Origin: Azolla caroliniana
Taxonomy: Eukaryota; Plantae; Polypodiophyta
Length of the DNA stretch: 64,000 bases
Assembly (NCBI GenBank): GCA_043228905.1
Contig: JBHGNT010000022.1
Span: 1,674,001 to 1,738,000, forward strand
Reading direction: 5' to 3'
Part shown: positions 36,813 to 48,712 of the stretch, one piece after another
How positions within the stretch are numbered: the stretch's first letter is position 1
How the letters are laid out: each line of letters starts with the position of its first letter
Notes under the pieces: generated by a model
The model's database searches: none
Told to the model about the DNA's origin: nothing
Seen by the model: the letters and a program-made list of their open reading frames with translations, nothing else
Position numbers and translations under genes: made by a program

Positions 36813-39800
36813 TGTAAATAAACGAGAGTGATTATGTGCATTGGAAGTGATATGTGTGTGTGTGTGAAGGAGAGAAATAGAGAGAGAGAGATCGACGTAA
36901 TCAGAAAACGCAAGTAAAAATTGTATTAACAAATAGCAGAATACAAGAATAACCAACAACCACCACACAAAGGTGGAGAGAGGTGCTTATGTAGTCACCT
37001 TCTCATTATACAACCACCAATTACTAAAGAGTGGTGGAGACTTAACTACTCTAAATATGTGTCATAGAACTATAAGATTCTATGACACACACTAGTTACT
37101 GTAGTAGTTGGTGGGGTGTTCACACACTAGGGAAGTTGAGTTTGATTCTCAACATTCCCCTTCAAACGCAACTTCTAGACGCAAAAAGTTGGTTTGATTC
37201 GGTCTTCGATTCCTAGGGCTTTCGTGAATATGTTGACCGTCTCATAGATTCGTGCTAATGTACCATAGATCGATATCTCCAACCAAGACATGTTCTCGAA
37301 TGAAATGGTAGTGCACCTCAATGTGCTTGGTCCGAGCATGGAAGACTGGGTTGTGGGCCAGGTGGATGTTGCTCATGTTGTTGCAGTAGAGGAGAATTGG
37401 ATCCTTGATGGGAGCACCCAAATCCTTCAGTATTCTTTGGAGCCACACGGCTTCGCATGCGGTGACAACGATGCCCCTGTATTTGGCCTCTGTGCTCGAC
37501 AGTGCGACAATTAGCTGCTTTTTGTTGCTCCATTATATAGGTCCGCTGCCGAGTGAGAAGACAAATCCCGTTGTTGATCGTTTGTCGGCTTTGTAGTCGG
37601 CCCAATCAACATCTGTGTACCCTTCGTGTCGAATGATCATGACCAATTTATATAGGATGCCGAAATCCATCATCCCACGGATGTACCTAAGTACTCTCTT
37701 AGCGCAATCGAGACATATATCCCGAGGTTTTTGCATGAATTGGATAAGGAGGCCGATTGGGTAGCTGAGGTCGGGCTGGGTGATGGTGAGATAGATAAGG
37801 CTTTCGACAAGTCGACGATAAAATGTGGGCTCACACTCTTCTGTGCCAGAATCTGCATCTAACCTTAAGTTTCGATTGAGAGGGGTGGCGACGGGCTTAC
37901 ACTCTGTTATCCCAAACTTGTAGAGAAGATTGAGGATATAGTGTCTTTGAGAGATCAGGATGCCGTCGGGGGTCCGAATTACTTCAATCCCGAGGAAGTA
38001 ATGGAGCTCTTGCATGTCAGTCATTTCGAATCAGCAGGAGAGTTCCCTTTTGGTATGTTCGATGTCCTCGAGGGGCTCTCCTCCAATGACCAAGTCGTCT
38101 ACATAAATTATGATGAATAACTATCCTTTGGAATCATTCTAGATGAATAGAGAGTTATTGGACTTGGACATTTTAAAACTGAGTTGGTGAAGATATTGGG
38201 TTATCTTCAAGTGCCATGGTCTCGGTGCTTGCTTGAGACCGTAGAGAGGCTTTTTGAGTTGATGGGCAACAGTCGAATGTGTACTCGACTCGAATCCAGG
38301 TGGTTGCACCATGTACACCTCCTCGTCTAACTTGCCTTGTAGAAAGGCATTCTTTACATCCATTTGGTGGAGGTGCCACTCTTTGGCTACTACAAGCGTG
38401 ATCACGGTTCGAATGGTAGTCATCTTTGCCACCTGGTCAAAGGTCTCTTCGTAATCGACCCCATGAGTCTACGCATACCCTTTTGCAACAAGCCGAGCCT
38501 TATATCGATTGACCGTGCCATTGACATTTTGCTTCACTTTAAATATCCATCGACATCTAATCGCCTTTTGGTGGGGTGAAGAGGGAATGAGATCCCAAGT
38601 GTTGTTTTTGGAGAGCGCTTGCATCTCCACATTCATCGCCTCGACCCATCGCGGGTCCTTGGCGGCTTCGGAAAACGTTTCCGGATCTCGAATTGTCGAC
38701 GTCTTCATCATAAAGGCATAATGATATGCCATGTAGTCATTGTAGTTGAATCGGTTGACTGCGTTCTTTTCTTGGGTAGAGCGACGAGGTGCCCTGGTGT
38801 TCCCATGCTAGGAACATCCAATCCATCATTCTCATTGTCAGGTGAGTGGTCCGATTCGTTTCTATTTGATTCTTCATACTCTGGCCTTTTGGCCTTCCTT
38901 TGTCCAGCTTTGGACTCGGCCATGACATGCTTTGGTTGCTCGGGAGCTCTTGTGGTCCACTCAACCTGGTTGAGATTGGACTCTCTTCTAATGTGAGGCT
39001 TAGTCGATTGTCCTCATCCGAGTCTATATCGAAATCGGTTTCGATTGGATGATCGGATGGAGTTGAGTCGACCAAGTACCAAGATGCCGATTCATCAAAT
39101 ACGACATCCCTACTCACTCATACCTTTTTGGTAGAGGTGTTGAAGCACTTATACCCCTTTTGTTCGAGCAAGTACCCCACAAGGATACACTTCTCCAATT
39201 TCGGATCGAGCTTTTGCCACTTCTCATCGGGAATATGTACGAATGCGATCGACCCGAATATCCTGACGTGGGATAAGTTCGGCTTCTTTCCATGGAGTTT
39301 CTCATGGGGGGTAGAATCCTGCACTTCGGATGTTGTGCACCGGTTCATTAGATACACGGTTGTGTTCGCTGCTTCAACCTAGTATGATTTCGGCAGGTTC
39401 TTTTCGTTCATCATTGCTGTGGCCACCTCCAATATATGCTGATTTTTACGTTCGACTACTCCTTTTGTTGAGGTGTGTGTCGGCAATGAAATTCCAGTCG
39501 AATTCCTTCTTGTCAAAATTATGTTGTGAAGGCATCGGAGAAATACTCCTTGCCATTGTCTGATCAAAGGCATTGAACATGCCGACCTGTTGCCTTTTCG
39601 ACTTCATTTTTGAATTTTTGGAAGTGTCCGAACACTTTGAACTCTTTTGCCGCATAGAGTAGATCCAGGTGTGCCTAGAGAAGTCATCGATGAATGTCAC
39701 ATAATATCGGCATCTGCCGAATGTAGCTATTTGAGCTGGTCCCCATACGTCGGAGTAGACTACGTCCAAGACTCCTTTACTCACATTCCTCTCTTTCAAC

Positions 39801-40752
39801 AATGAATGTTGGCTTTGTTTTTTGAATTGGCACGCCTAACATATGCCAACAATCTCCTTTTCGGTAAAGGTCGGGAGTCCAATGATGACTCCTTTCGACT
39901 GCATCCCTTTGAGCTTTTGGAGATTGATGTGGCCGATTCGTTTGTGCCAAAGCTCTATGTCGGTGCCGACGTTACGACACTTGGCATACATTTCCGATTT
40001 CATCTTGTGAGAGTTGAGGATCAACATTCGGCCTTCTCTTCGACCGTGAGAGATAATTCGGCCTTCCTTTTCGATGAAGCATCCTCTATCGTTGAACCGA
40101 AATTGCATTCCTTGTTCCACGATATATCCGACCGAGACCAGATTCTTTGTTATTGTTGTAACATGCAGGACATTTTTGATGTAGGTCTGATTGCCCACTT
40201 CGCCGAACGGAACATTGCTGACATACTGAATGGGGTGTACTGTGTCATCCCTAGTTTCAACATAGCCTGGTTGACTAGGTTATTGGAGTTCTCGAAACTA
40301 ATTTGCATGAGACATCATGCGATTTGACGCACCCGAATCGACAAACCATACATCTTCGGAATTGGAGGTATTGGTTGAACATGATCCTGTCATCGAATTC
40401 TCTCTGTGTCGCATCATGAAAATTCCACCACGATCGTCGTAGTCGGAGTTTGAGGCGTACTTGGTGAGTTGTTGGCTTGTGGAGGCCGACTCACTCTTCT
40501 TTTTTCGACACTCTGCCTCATAGTGGCCGAATTCACCATAGTATCCGCACTGGGCGGAATTGTTTTGTCGGCTGGGTTTGGCATGATTGCTCCACCTTCT
40601 TCCGGATGCTCCACCTCGCGCGTTTGAAACGTCTTGTCGGTAGTAGAAGTTGTGTTCTCGGGGTTGCTCTTGGTTGTGTCAGCCTTGGCCGAATCGGCCT
40701 CTTCTTCCACTACCTTGTCCTCTTTCTTCATCGAAGTTCGAATAGAGCATAT
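36813..40752 (-). mobile_element. Decayed Ty1/copia element H (3' LTR, RH, RT, INT, PR, end of gag); host of element E
   Basis: LTR ~36813-37154 with adjacent PPT; RTKHIEVHYHF, YKARLVAKG, YSDVWGP, WFVDSGAS; frameshifts and stops. Confidence 0.85.
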
Positions 40753-40810
40753 TGTTACGAAACGGGTCCCTCCGGATGGGAAGTGAGAGCCGGATGAGTT
40801 GTATCCGGCA

Positions 40811-41040
40811 ACGGAAGACCCAGTGAGAACCGGAGGAGAAGTACCCGGCAAGAGCCGGATGGTGAAGACCCGGTGAGAACCAGATGAGCAGTACCCGGCA
40901 AGAGCCGGATGGTGAAGACCTGGTGAGAATCGGATGAGCTGTACCCGGCAAGAGCCGGATGGTCAAAACCCAGTGAGAACCGGATGACATGTGCTCGGCA
41001 AGCGCCGGATGATGCAGGCCTGGTGAGGAGTGCTCACCGG
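40811..41040 (+). repeat. 50-bp tandem repeat array in the 5' LTR of element E
   Basis: GAAGACCCGGTGAGAACCGGATGAGCAGTACCCGGCAAGAGCCGGATGGT x4 plus a partial copy. Confidence 0.9.
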
Positions 41041-42204
41041 ATGAAGGGACATATTCGTAAATATGTTTCTGAGAGTCCATTAGGGCTATATTTGTAAATA
41101 GCCGGAAAGTCATATTAGGATAAATATGACTTAGGGCAAACTCTTTTAGGTTGTTGTTGTTGCCATTCTTGTTGGTGCAAGATTTGAGCGTGTAACTGTG
41201 TACAGAGAGAGAGAGAGAGTGAGAGAGAAGGAGGTTGTTGCCTCTGTTGCAACCGCCGCCTGTGGCGAAGATCGTGACCGCGAGCTCGTTGCCTCCGTGA
41301 GATCACTGTTGTAATCATTGTGATATAGTGAAAGTTTGGAGTCTGTGGACTCCCGTGGTTTTTCCCCTCTCAGGGTTTTCCACGTTAAACATCATGTGTA
41401 CTCTTCTCTCCTTTGTATCGTGTGTATTCATTCCCCGTTTTCTGTGTTTGATTCTAAGCTCGGTTGTGGCTGAGCGGTGTTCATCGGAGTGTCTAGTTCC
41501 TGTCAAAGTGGTATCAGAGTGAAACGACACAGAAAATGAACGATTTGTTGGGAGGTATGTTTAAGCTCACCGGCTCCAACTATTCAGTGTGGAAGTCGAA
41601 GATGAGGGACATGCTCGTGGTTAAAGATCTTTGGTTTCTGGTTCAGTTTGGGGACAAGAGACCGGACAAGATCGACGCCATGATATGGGAGGTGATGCAC
41701 ATGAAGACAACGACGTACATACGGTGCTTCATCGACATGAGCCTATACAACAACTTCAATGAAGAGAGCAAGGCTCATGAGCTCTGGGAGAAGATCGGCA
41801 TTATGTTTCAAAACAAAAATGTTGTTAATCAGGTTTCGGTATTTCGGAAGCTAGTAAGACTCCGGTACCAAGATGGCTCCAGCATGGCGGAGCACATGAA
41901 TGGCTTCCAGGGTCTGATCCACCAGGCAACATCATTGGAAGTACCTCTCGCCGATGAGGTACTAGCGCTACTCCTGCTCGGTTCCCTCCCAGATAGCTGG
42001 GAGACGTTGGTTGTCACTTTGGGCAACGTCGGGTCGGAAGGGAAATGGTTATCCCTAGCAAGAGTGAAGTCGAGCTTGCTAGATGAGGAGGCGCGTCAGA
42101 AAGATAAGGATATGAGCTCCGATTCCAAAGCGCTCCTTACCGAATCAGAACGCGGAAGGCAAAGGAACCGTAGCCCCCAGAACCGGGAAAAGTCGGGGAC
42201 ACGG

Positions 42205-43004
42205 TGTCGAGATATTACGCAAGTGCGTGTGGAATAGAGGCGGGACCGTGGGGGTCTCGAACCAAAGAGCAAGCGAGGGAGGAGAAAGAGAGAGAACCGG
42301 CTACGCAGGACCGGGGATACACAGGGACACGGCCCTTCAGCACGGAGAACGCGAACAGACACCGACACAGACGGATGCGAATGACTAAATATGTGTATTA
42401 ACAAAATGGCTAACACGACTACAACCCCCGATGGGGCACAGGTTGGTTGCAACCGAACAGGCCGGCGAACAGATGCCGATGCCTGTTCGCTTCGACGCAC
42501 AAACGGGGAAATGGGGGGGGGGTAGCAGGTCGGAGGTGCTGCCGGAAGCACTCGGGCGTTCCTCGAAACAGCGCGAGCCTCCCCGGAACCCTGCACAGAA
42601 AGCTTTGGAGCTCAAGAAGGAAGGAAACAGAGAGAGCGAAGCGTCCAGAAACGGTCCGACAGCACTTCGTCCTCTCCGCGCCAGATCCCTGCAACAGCTC
42701 TTTCCCGCTCCTTATATAGGCCGACGAACAGGCCGTCGTGTCAGCTTTATTCCCTGTCCCTTTTGGACAGGGATCCGCTCCGTTTTTCACGGATCCGCGT
42801 AGTTACGCCGCCGACTCGTACAGTTCGCGCGCGCGACCGAAAAGACTGTTCGCGCGGTCTTTGTCTCCACTTGAGTTAGGGCCCGTTCCTGCCGATTATC
42901 CTCTCAATTCGTTTCTATGTACAACTCGGAGCGTGCGCGCGTGAAGAACCGGTTCCCACGCCTTGGTGCGCCGATTCCGCCTATAGACGGTTTTCTTCAC
43001 GACA
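42205..43004 (-). repeat. 3' LTR of the young gypsy (800 bp)
   Basis: TGTCG...CGACA termini; near-identical to 48735-49534; PPT GTTAGGTGGGGGCGGA at 43005-43020 (minus). Confidence 0.97.
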
Positions 43005-43075
43005 TCCGCCCCCACCTAACCGCGCATCCTCCGGTATGCGCCAAGAGAGTTGGGACGGAGAAAACCGGCCCGTCT

Positions 43076-46000
43076 TCATTCCTCGCCCGTCGGTTCTTCT
43101 TCATTTTCGGATCGTTCGTCATTGCCGACCAGGAGAGCCGGGTCTGGCTCGTCGTCGTGTCGCTTCTTGAACGCTTTGATCCGCTTCCCTGCAACCGGTA
43201 TCGCCATTCTCGTGCCGTCAAGTTCCGCCAGGTGATATGTCCCGTTGTCATTGGCACTCCGTACCACGTAAGGCCCGAACCACCTTCGTGCGAACTTCCG
43301 TGTGGCTCGGTGCTGGTTGTCGAGGCTGCTGTCGTAGACGAGCACCCAGTCACCTTCTTCGATTTTCTTCGGTCGTAGCCGGTGCGTTCGGTCGAACCGG
43401 GCTTTGTTCTTTGTCCTCGCCACCCGGAGCTTCTCCGTAGCCAGTGCCACGTCCTCCGGCCTCCGCTCGAGCTGTCGTATACGTGCGACCAACAACTCCT
43501 CCCGGCTCATCTCGTCCCTCCAGTCGACCGCTGCCCACGAGGAGATCGTCCGTTCAACCGGCATGATCGGCTTCTGGCCGAACATGAGCTCCGTCGGCAT
43601 GTACCCGGTTACCGAACTGTGCGTGGTCCGGTCTGCCCACAAAGCATAAGGTAGCAGCCGCGGCCAGTTACCGACTTGGCCTCCGCATGCCCGAATCAAC
43701 GCCTTGACGATCGGTCCGTGTCCGCGCTCCACCTTTCCATTCGCCTCCGGATTGTACGCAGTGGTGAGCGAGAGCTTGACTCCAAGCCGGTCGAACAGCT
43801 CCGCGGCCTCTTCGGCGTCCAACTCCCCTCGGTCAGCCACGATCTTCCCGACGCACCCGTACCGGCATATCACGTCCTCGACTAGGAACCGACACACGGC
43901 CGCGGTCGTCTTGTTCTGAAGGGCTCGGCCTTCCACCTGGTTCGTCAGGTCTTCCCGCGCTAGGACCAGATACCGCATCTGTCCTACCCCCATCGGCATC
44001 GTCACCAGATCTACCATCCATTTGAAGTGGATAGTCGGAGGGTACGTAGGGTGAAGCCCGTCCCGGTGTCGGACTATCGAGTGCATCTGACAACTCTCGC
44101 AAGTTGACACGAACCGATGCACGTCCCGGTACAATCCCGGCCACCAGTACTTTCCCTTCAGCTTCTCAAACGTCGCCCACGTTCCCCGGTGTCCAGCCCA
44201 AGGGCTGTCGTGGTAGGCCGCCAGTAGCTCCTCCTGCTCTTCCTTCATCGCCACCACTCGGAGCGGGACGCCGTCCCTCTTCTTCGGGTGCTTCCATAGA
44301 TGCCCATCTCGGAGAAAGAATCGATATGCTTTCTTCCGGATCCGGTTGGCCTCGTCCTTCGTCCATGACGCATCGGGCGTCATCGTCTTCAAAAACCCGC
44401 TGATCTGCAGCCATTCCCCGTCGTACTTGCTCGCGTCGAACTCGTTAAGCGCCGGAGTGCTCATCCCGTCGGTCGTTATGTATGCCGCCTCGAAGAAATC
44501 CACGCCGACTTCTTCGTCTTCCGAAACCATGCCGCCCTCGTCGTCGTACCTCGCCCTCGAAAGCATGTCGGCCATGGCGTTGTCTTTCCCGGAAATGTGT
44601 CGTATTTCCGGGTCCAGGGACTTGATGTACGCTATCCACCTGAGCATCGCCAGGTCCGGAGTCGCGCATCCGGAAACCATACCGAGAATCGGCAGGCAAT
44701 CCGTCTCGATGATCACTTCCGTCCCTATCAGGTAGTCTTTGTCGGCCTTAACCGCCGAAACAATACCCCAGAGTTCGCGTTTAACCTGGGCGTACCCTCG
44801 CTGCCGTTCACTGAGGACTTTCGCGCCGAATCGGATCGGAAACCGATTGCCGTCCTCGTCTTCCTGGTTCACGACCCATCCGATCCCGGTCGGACTGGTA
44901 TCCACCGTTATGAATACCGGGGTACCCTTCCCGTAAACCGCCTTCCGGAGTGCCGGTGCCGCTGCAAGGGCCTCTTTCAGCTTCCGGACCGATTCCGCGT
45001 GCTTGTCTAGCCATTCAAACCTTCGCCCCTTTTTCAGCAACCCGTACAGTGGCTCCGCGACGTGTGCGTAATGCGGGATCCATATGTGGTAGAACGCGCA
45101 TGCCCCCAGGAATCTCCGTACTTCCGTGACCGAGCTGCAGTCGGGCTTCATCGCGGAGATGGCTTCTACCTTCGCCGGAGACGGTTTCCGGCCATATGGT
45201 CCGCACAGGTGTCCGACCACCATGATTTCTGACTGCCCGAAGGCCGACTTCTCCCCGGAGAAGGTGAGTCTCGCATCCTCTAGCCTTTGCAGCACCTTCT
45301 CGCAGTCGTCGACGTGCGTCGCCACGAATCGCCGGCATCCGTCCGGCCCGATCGTCTCGTCCTTTTCTTCCACCGGGCATCCCTTGATCGGGATGTCGTC
45401 CAGAAACGGCATGGTAATGTCCGGGACACAGTCCCTCAGAACCTTGTTCATCGCATTCACCATGTGGGCCACCGAGTTGGTCCCTCCTTGCGGCAGTGTA
45501 CACATCCGAACTAGGCCGAGGGGAGTTCGCATCGTCGTAAGGTCTCTGCTCTCCACGGCCAGCTGGAACTGGTCGTACCCTGAGTATAGATCCCCGACCG
45601 AATAAATTGACCTTCCGGCGAAGGCCTCCGCGAACTCGTCTATGGTCGGTCCGATTCCTGCGTTCCGAATGGTCACTCGATTGACCGGCTGCAGGTCCTG
45701 GATGAAGCGCAGCGAACCGTTTTTCTTCGGTACGGTAAACCATCGATTCGAATATGGGGCGCTCGACGGCTCGAGAATTCCCATATCAACTTTCTGCCTC
45801 AGCAGCTCCATCAACTTCGGGATGTGAGCTCTCGGAACCGGGATTGGCTTGAGATTCCATGGTACATGCGGTACCGTGAATATCACCATCGGCTCCACGA
45901 TCGTCGGGTCAACGCACCCGATTTCCTCCGGCGAGAATGCGAAGGCTTTCCCGTGCCTTCCGAGCATTCTCCGAAACCGGTCTTCCTCCGCCGGTAGTAG

Positions 46001-46573
46001 GAACCCGCCCCCACCGATTTTGAGCTCTCGGAGCGTCTCGTCAGTGAAGGTGTGCCCTATGCAGGCCGGATCTCGTAGACTAGGGTCTGATGCAACCCCT
46101 TTGATTCTCGACGCGCTGTCCTCCGGTAAGGGTGCCGCTACTGGCCTTACCTTCCGGTCCACAGTCTTGTACTTGGTGTTTACGTGGGCCGTCCGAACTG
46201 ACTCGAGCCCTCGACCGAAGTCCGCGATGACTTCGTACATCTCCTCGGAACACACCGGTATCGTCCGGTTGTCGTTAAGGCCTTCTTCGACTACCTTTCC
46301 CAGCATTCCCAAGGTGTCGTCGAATGAGACCGCCTCCACGGCTCCGTTGATTTCCTCGTCCGGGCCGAGAACTCCGCACGCTCGAAGTCTCGCCTCCGTC
46401 TTTGTTTTCTCTCGGCCGGCGATGCCGACCATCGCACACGCTCCGCTGTCGGAGAACAAAAATTCCCTACCTATGGTACAAGGTTTCTTCGGTTTTATCG
46501 TACAGGTGTGGGGTTTTCCCGGGGTGTCCGGACTGTCGCGGCCCCACGCCTTGGCAGCCCTCTCTAAAAATCC
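43076..46573 (-). CDS. pol: Pol (reverse transcriptase, RNase H, integrase), in the -1 frame relative to gag-pro
   Basis: RT DLYSGYDQ, LPQG, PFLDD; RH VDTS...KRELWG...ETDC; INT H-H-C-C, VDL, ADRGE, NGKVER, GPY motif; frame is open upstream of the ORF-track start as far as the gag stop. Confidence 0.93.
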   Translation of the reverse strand, partial: GFLERAAKAWGRDSPDTPGKPHTCTIKPKKPCTIGREFLFSDSGACAMVGIAGREKTKTEARLRACGVLGPDEEINGAVEAVSFDDTLGMLGKVVEEGLNDNRTIPVCSEEMYEVIADFGRGLESVRTAHVNTKYKTVDRKVRPVAAPLPEDSASRIKGVASDPSLRDPACIGHTFTDETLRELKIGGGGFLLPAEEDRFRRMLGRHGKAFAFSPEEIGCVDPTIVEPMVIFTVPHVPWNLKPIPVPRAHIPKLMELLRQKVDMGILEPSSAPYSNRWFTVPKKNGSLRFIQDLQPVNRVTIRNAGIGPTIDEFAEAFAGRSIYSVGDLYSGYDQFQLAVESRDLTTMRTPLGLVRMCTLPQGGTNSVAHMVNAMNKVLRDCVPDITMPFLDDIPIKGCPVEEKDETIGPDGCRRFVATHVDDCEKVLQRLEDARLTFSGEKSAFGQSEIMVVGHLCGPYGRKPSPAKVEAISAMKPDCSSVTEVRRFLGACAFYHIWIPHYAHVAEPLYGLLKKGRRFEWLDKHAESVRKLKEALAAAPALRKAVYGKGTPVFITVDTSPTGIGWVVNQEDEDGNRFPIRFGAKVLSERQRGYAQVKRELWGIVSAVKADKDYLIGTEVIIETDCLPILGMVSGCATPDLAMLRWIAYIKSLDPEIRHISGKDNAMADMLSRARYDDEGGMVSEDEEVGVDFFEAAYITTDGMSTPALNEFDASKYDGEWLQISGFLKTMTPDASWTKDEANRIRKKAYRFFLRDGHLWKHPKKRDGVPLRVVAMKEEQEELLAAYHDSPWAGHRGTWATFEKLKGKYWWPGLYRDVHRFVSTCESCQMHSIVRHRDGLHPTYPPTIHFKWMVDLVTMPMGVGQMRYLVLAREDLTNQVEGRALQNKTTAAVCRFLVEDVICRYGCVGKIVADRGELDAEEAAELFDRLGVKLSLTTAYNPEANGKVERGHGPIVKALIRACGGQVGNWPRLLPYALWADRTTHSSVTGYMPTELMFGQKPIMPVERTISSWAAVDWRDEMSREELLVARIRQLERRPEDVALATEKLRVARTKNKARFDRTHRLRPKKIEEGDWVLVYDSSLDNQHRATRKFARRWFGPYVVRSANDNGTYHLAELDGTRMAIPVAGKRIKAFKKRHDDEPDPALLVGNDERSENEEEPTGEE
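46504..46573 (-). promoter_or_regulatory. Predicted -1 programmed ribosomal frameshift signal (slippery heptamer plus H-type pseudoknot)
   Basis: G GAT TTT TAG at the gag end; 6-nt spacer; stem 1 GGGCUG/CAGUCC; stem 2 AGGCGUGGGG/CCCCACACCU; the -1 frame leads into pol without stops. Confidence 0.8.
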
Positions 46574-48690
46574 TCTCGGTTATCGGAACCGAGGGAGTCG
46601 CGGTTACGCTCGTGGTTCGGCCTAACCGTCAAAAACTGGACCGAATGGCGGCCGTCCTGGCTCTTGACCCGCGCATAGGCCGAACCATTGTCCAGCACCT
46701 TGGTCTCCATTCGCGCCGCCGTGATGTACGGCTCTCCCAGTATGACCGGATGCGAAGACGTCTCCTGCACGAAGAAGTGCTGGTCAATCTCGACGTCGCC
46801 GATCTTGACTCGCACATTCGGACAGGCCCCGTGCAGTTCCTCGGTGGCGCGCGTTGCTGCCCTTATTTTCCACCCGTGCTTGGTGTTGATCGGCCATTTT
46901 CCCTTCTTATAGAAGTCCATGGACATCAAATTGATCTCCGATCCGTGGTCCACCAAAGCTATCACCGGTTCCTGGACATCGCCGATCTTCACCGGGGTTT
47001 CCGTGGTCGCTCGGGCCCAGTGCGGTCTCGAATAGTGGCTTTCCGCCCACTCGTCTCCCAGCGCCATGTCGTCTAGGTGCGTCGTCCGCACTTCCACCGG
47101 TCTTTCCGGTTCTGTCTCCGTTGACAGCCTCTTCCGTTTCACCAAGTCCACGATGGAGTCGTGGAACTCCTTCTTGGCGATTCCAAGCACCTCCCGTAGC
47201 GACAGCTCCACCTTGCTGTCGAGGATCCGTTCCTCCAGGACCTTTCGTAAGTCCGTGGTTCTTTCTATCTCCGTCCCCAGACGGTACCCGCCCTTCTGGG
47301 GTTTATCTTGCGTACCGGCCCTGCCGGCTTCGTCCCGTCGTGGCCCGGACCGGGTCTCGTATCGTTGTGAGGGCCCGGTCGTCCCGGGTTTTCCCACCCG
47401 CTTCTCTTCTACCAGAGCCTCGTAGTTCCGGCAAGCGGCTTCCACGAAGCCCGTCCTTTCCTCGACCGGGTCGCTCCACCCGGTCATCTCCCGTACCCGT
47501 TTCTCCGCACGGTCCGATTCCTCCCTTTTAAGCCCTGCACCGGCAAGGCCTTCCAGCATCGTCGGCCAGAATCCGGCTTTGCTTTCCTTTCGGGCCTCGC
47601 CGCCCCCGACTCGAATGCCGGCCGACGCCGAGTAGTGGACGGTTTCCGCGTGTCGGGCCGCCGCCTCTTCCATCAACCTTTTCATACCACCCTTTCCGTC
47701 GTTTCGGCTCAGGGCCCTTCGGGTGTCGCTGGCATGCACCCGTCCTTCCCACAGGTACACCACCCGGTCCCTCAGCGCCTCCGCGAAGTCGCCGCAGTCC
47801 TTCCGAACGTGGCCGACTTCATCGCACCACATGCACCTGTTTCCTGCCGCCGGCCGTCGGTCACGAGCCGGTTCGCCTCCTTCCCTTCGGGCCTGCGCGA
47901 TTTGGAGGTCCTTTATCGCCTTCGTCAATTCCTCCAGCGCCGCTCCTCCGGTTGAGCCTCTGACTACGCCGGTCGAAGCCGAACCGGTTTCCAACCACTC
48001 CCGGGTCTCTTCCTTGCGCACCTGTGGCGCTGGTTCGAGCTTCCTTGCTGCGACCGAGCCCGACCCAGTCGCCCCGTTATCCGCCCATTCTCGCCGTTTG
48101 TCGAAACGGCCACAGACCTTCCTGACAGCCGCCCAGTCGGTAGTGAGCCCGTCTTCGGTTTCCAGCAAGAGGCCCACTTGCTCCCGATCCCGCTCGTCGA
48201 CCGACTTGACAAACAGCAAGACCCGGCTCGTGTCCAGGATGGTTCGGTCGAGCGCCGAAAGGCGCGCAAAGTTTTCCTCGAACTCCCGGAGGAGTGCCGA
48301 CGCGTTTCTTCCCTTCCCCGGGGACTCCACCCATTCCATGAACCTTCGCTTCGAAAGCCGGAGCGCGTCGTCCAGCCCGTATTTCTCTAGGAGCCGACCT
48401 TCGAACTCCTCCCAGGTACGGCTCTCCGCCCGCACCTCGAGCACCTCCGCATGGATGCTCGGCATTGCCACTCGGGGAAAACCGGCAAGACGCCTTTCTT
48501 CCGGAATGTCCCGCATCAACATTTCTGCACCGTAGGACGCCAGATACTTCGTGGCATCCCTCCCATCGAACCGGCCGATCGTGCCGACGACCGCCTCAAT
48601 AGCTCTGTCGAGGGCACCGGTACCCTCGCGCGCGTTTACGATCCGATCCACGGCCGAAGCCATGGCCTCTGCGAGATCCGACCCCCTCAT
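46564..48690 (-). CDS. gag: Gag-protease polyprotein (capsid, CCHC knuckle, DUF4100-like region, aspartic protease)
   Basis: CMWCDEVGHVRKDC knuckle; protease ALVDHGSEINLM...VILGEPY; first ATG at 48690 (the ORF-track GTG start lies inside the PBS); DUF4100 assignment from memory of the family, not searched. Confidence 0.92.
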   Translation of the reverse strand: MRGSDLAEAMASAVDRIVNAREGTGALDRAIEAVVGTIGRFDGRDATKYLASYGAEMLMRDIPEERRLAGFPRVAMPSIHAEVLEVRAESRTWEEFEGRLLEKYGLDDALRLSKRRFMEWVESPGKGRNASALLREFEENFARLSALDRTILDTSRVLLFVKSVDERDREQVGLLLETEDGLTTDWAAVRKVCGRFDKRREWADNGATGSGSVAARKLEPAPQVRKEETREWLETGSASTGVVRGSTGGAALEELTKAIKDLQIAQARREGGEPARDRRPAAGNRCMWCDEVGHVRKDCGDFAEALRDRVVYLWEGRVHASDTRRALSRNDGKGGMKRLMEEAAARHAETVHYSASAGIRVGGGEARKESKAGFWPTMLEGLAGAGLKREESDRAEKRVREMTGWSDPVEERTGFVEAACRNYEALVEEKRVGKPGTTGPSQRYETRSGPRRDEAGRAGTQDKPQKGGYRLGTEIERTTDLRKVLEERILDSKVELSLREVLGIAKKEFHDSIVDLVKRKRLSTETEPERPVEVRTTHLDDMALGDEWAESHYSRPHWARATTETPVKIGDVQEPVIALVDHGSEINLMSMDFYKKGKWPINTKHGWKIRAATRATEELHGACPNVRVKIGDVEIDQHFFVQETSSHPVILGEPYITAARMETKVLDNGSAYARVKSQDGRHSVQFLTVRPNHERNRDSLGSDNREDF

Positions 48691-48712
48691 CTTCTGCTCT
48701 TCTGCCGCCTCT

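Noticed and set aside
40811-41040. CRISPR-like appearance of the LTR repeats
   Set aside because: Head-to-tail units without unique spacers, inside a eukaryotic LTR; no cas genes
42096-43004. ORFs duplicated at 42.1-43.0 kb and 48.7-49.5 kb
   Set aside because: Chance ORFs within the two GC-rich LTR copies
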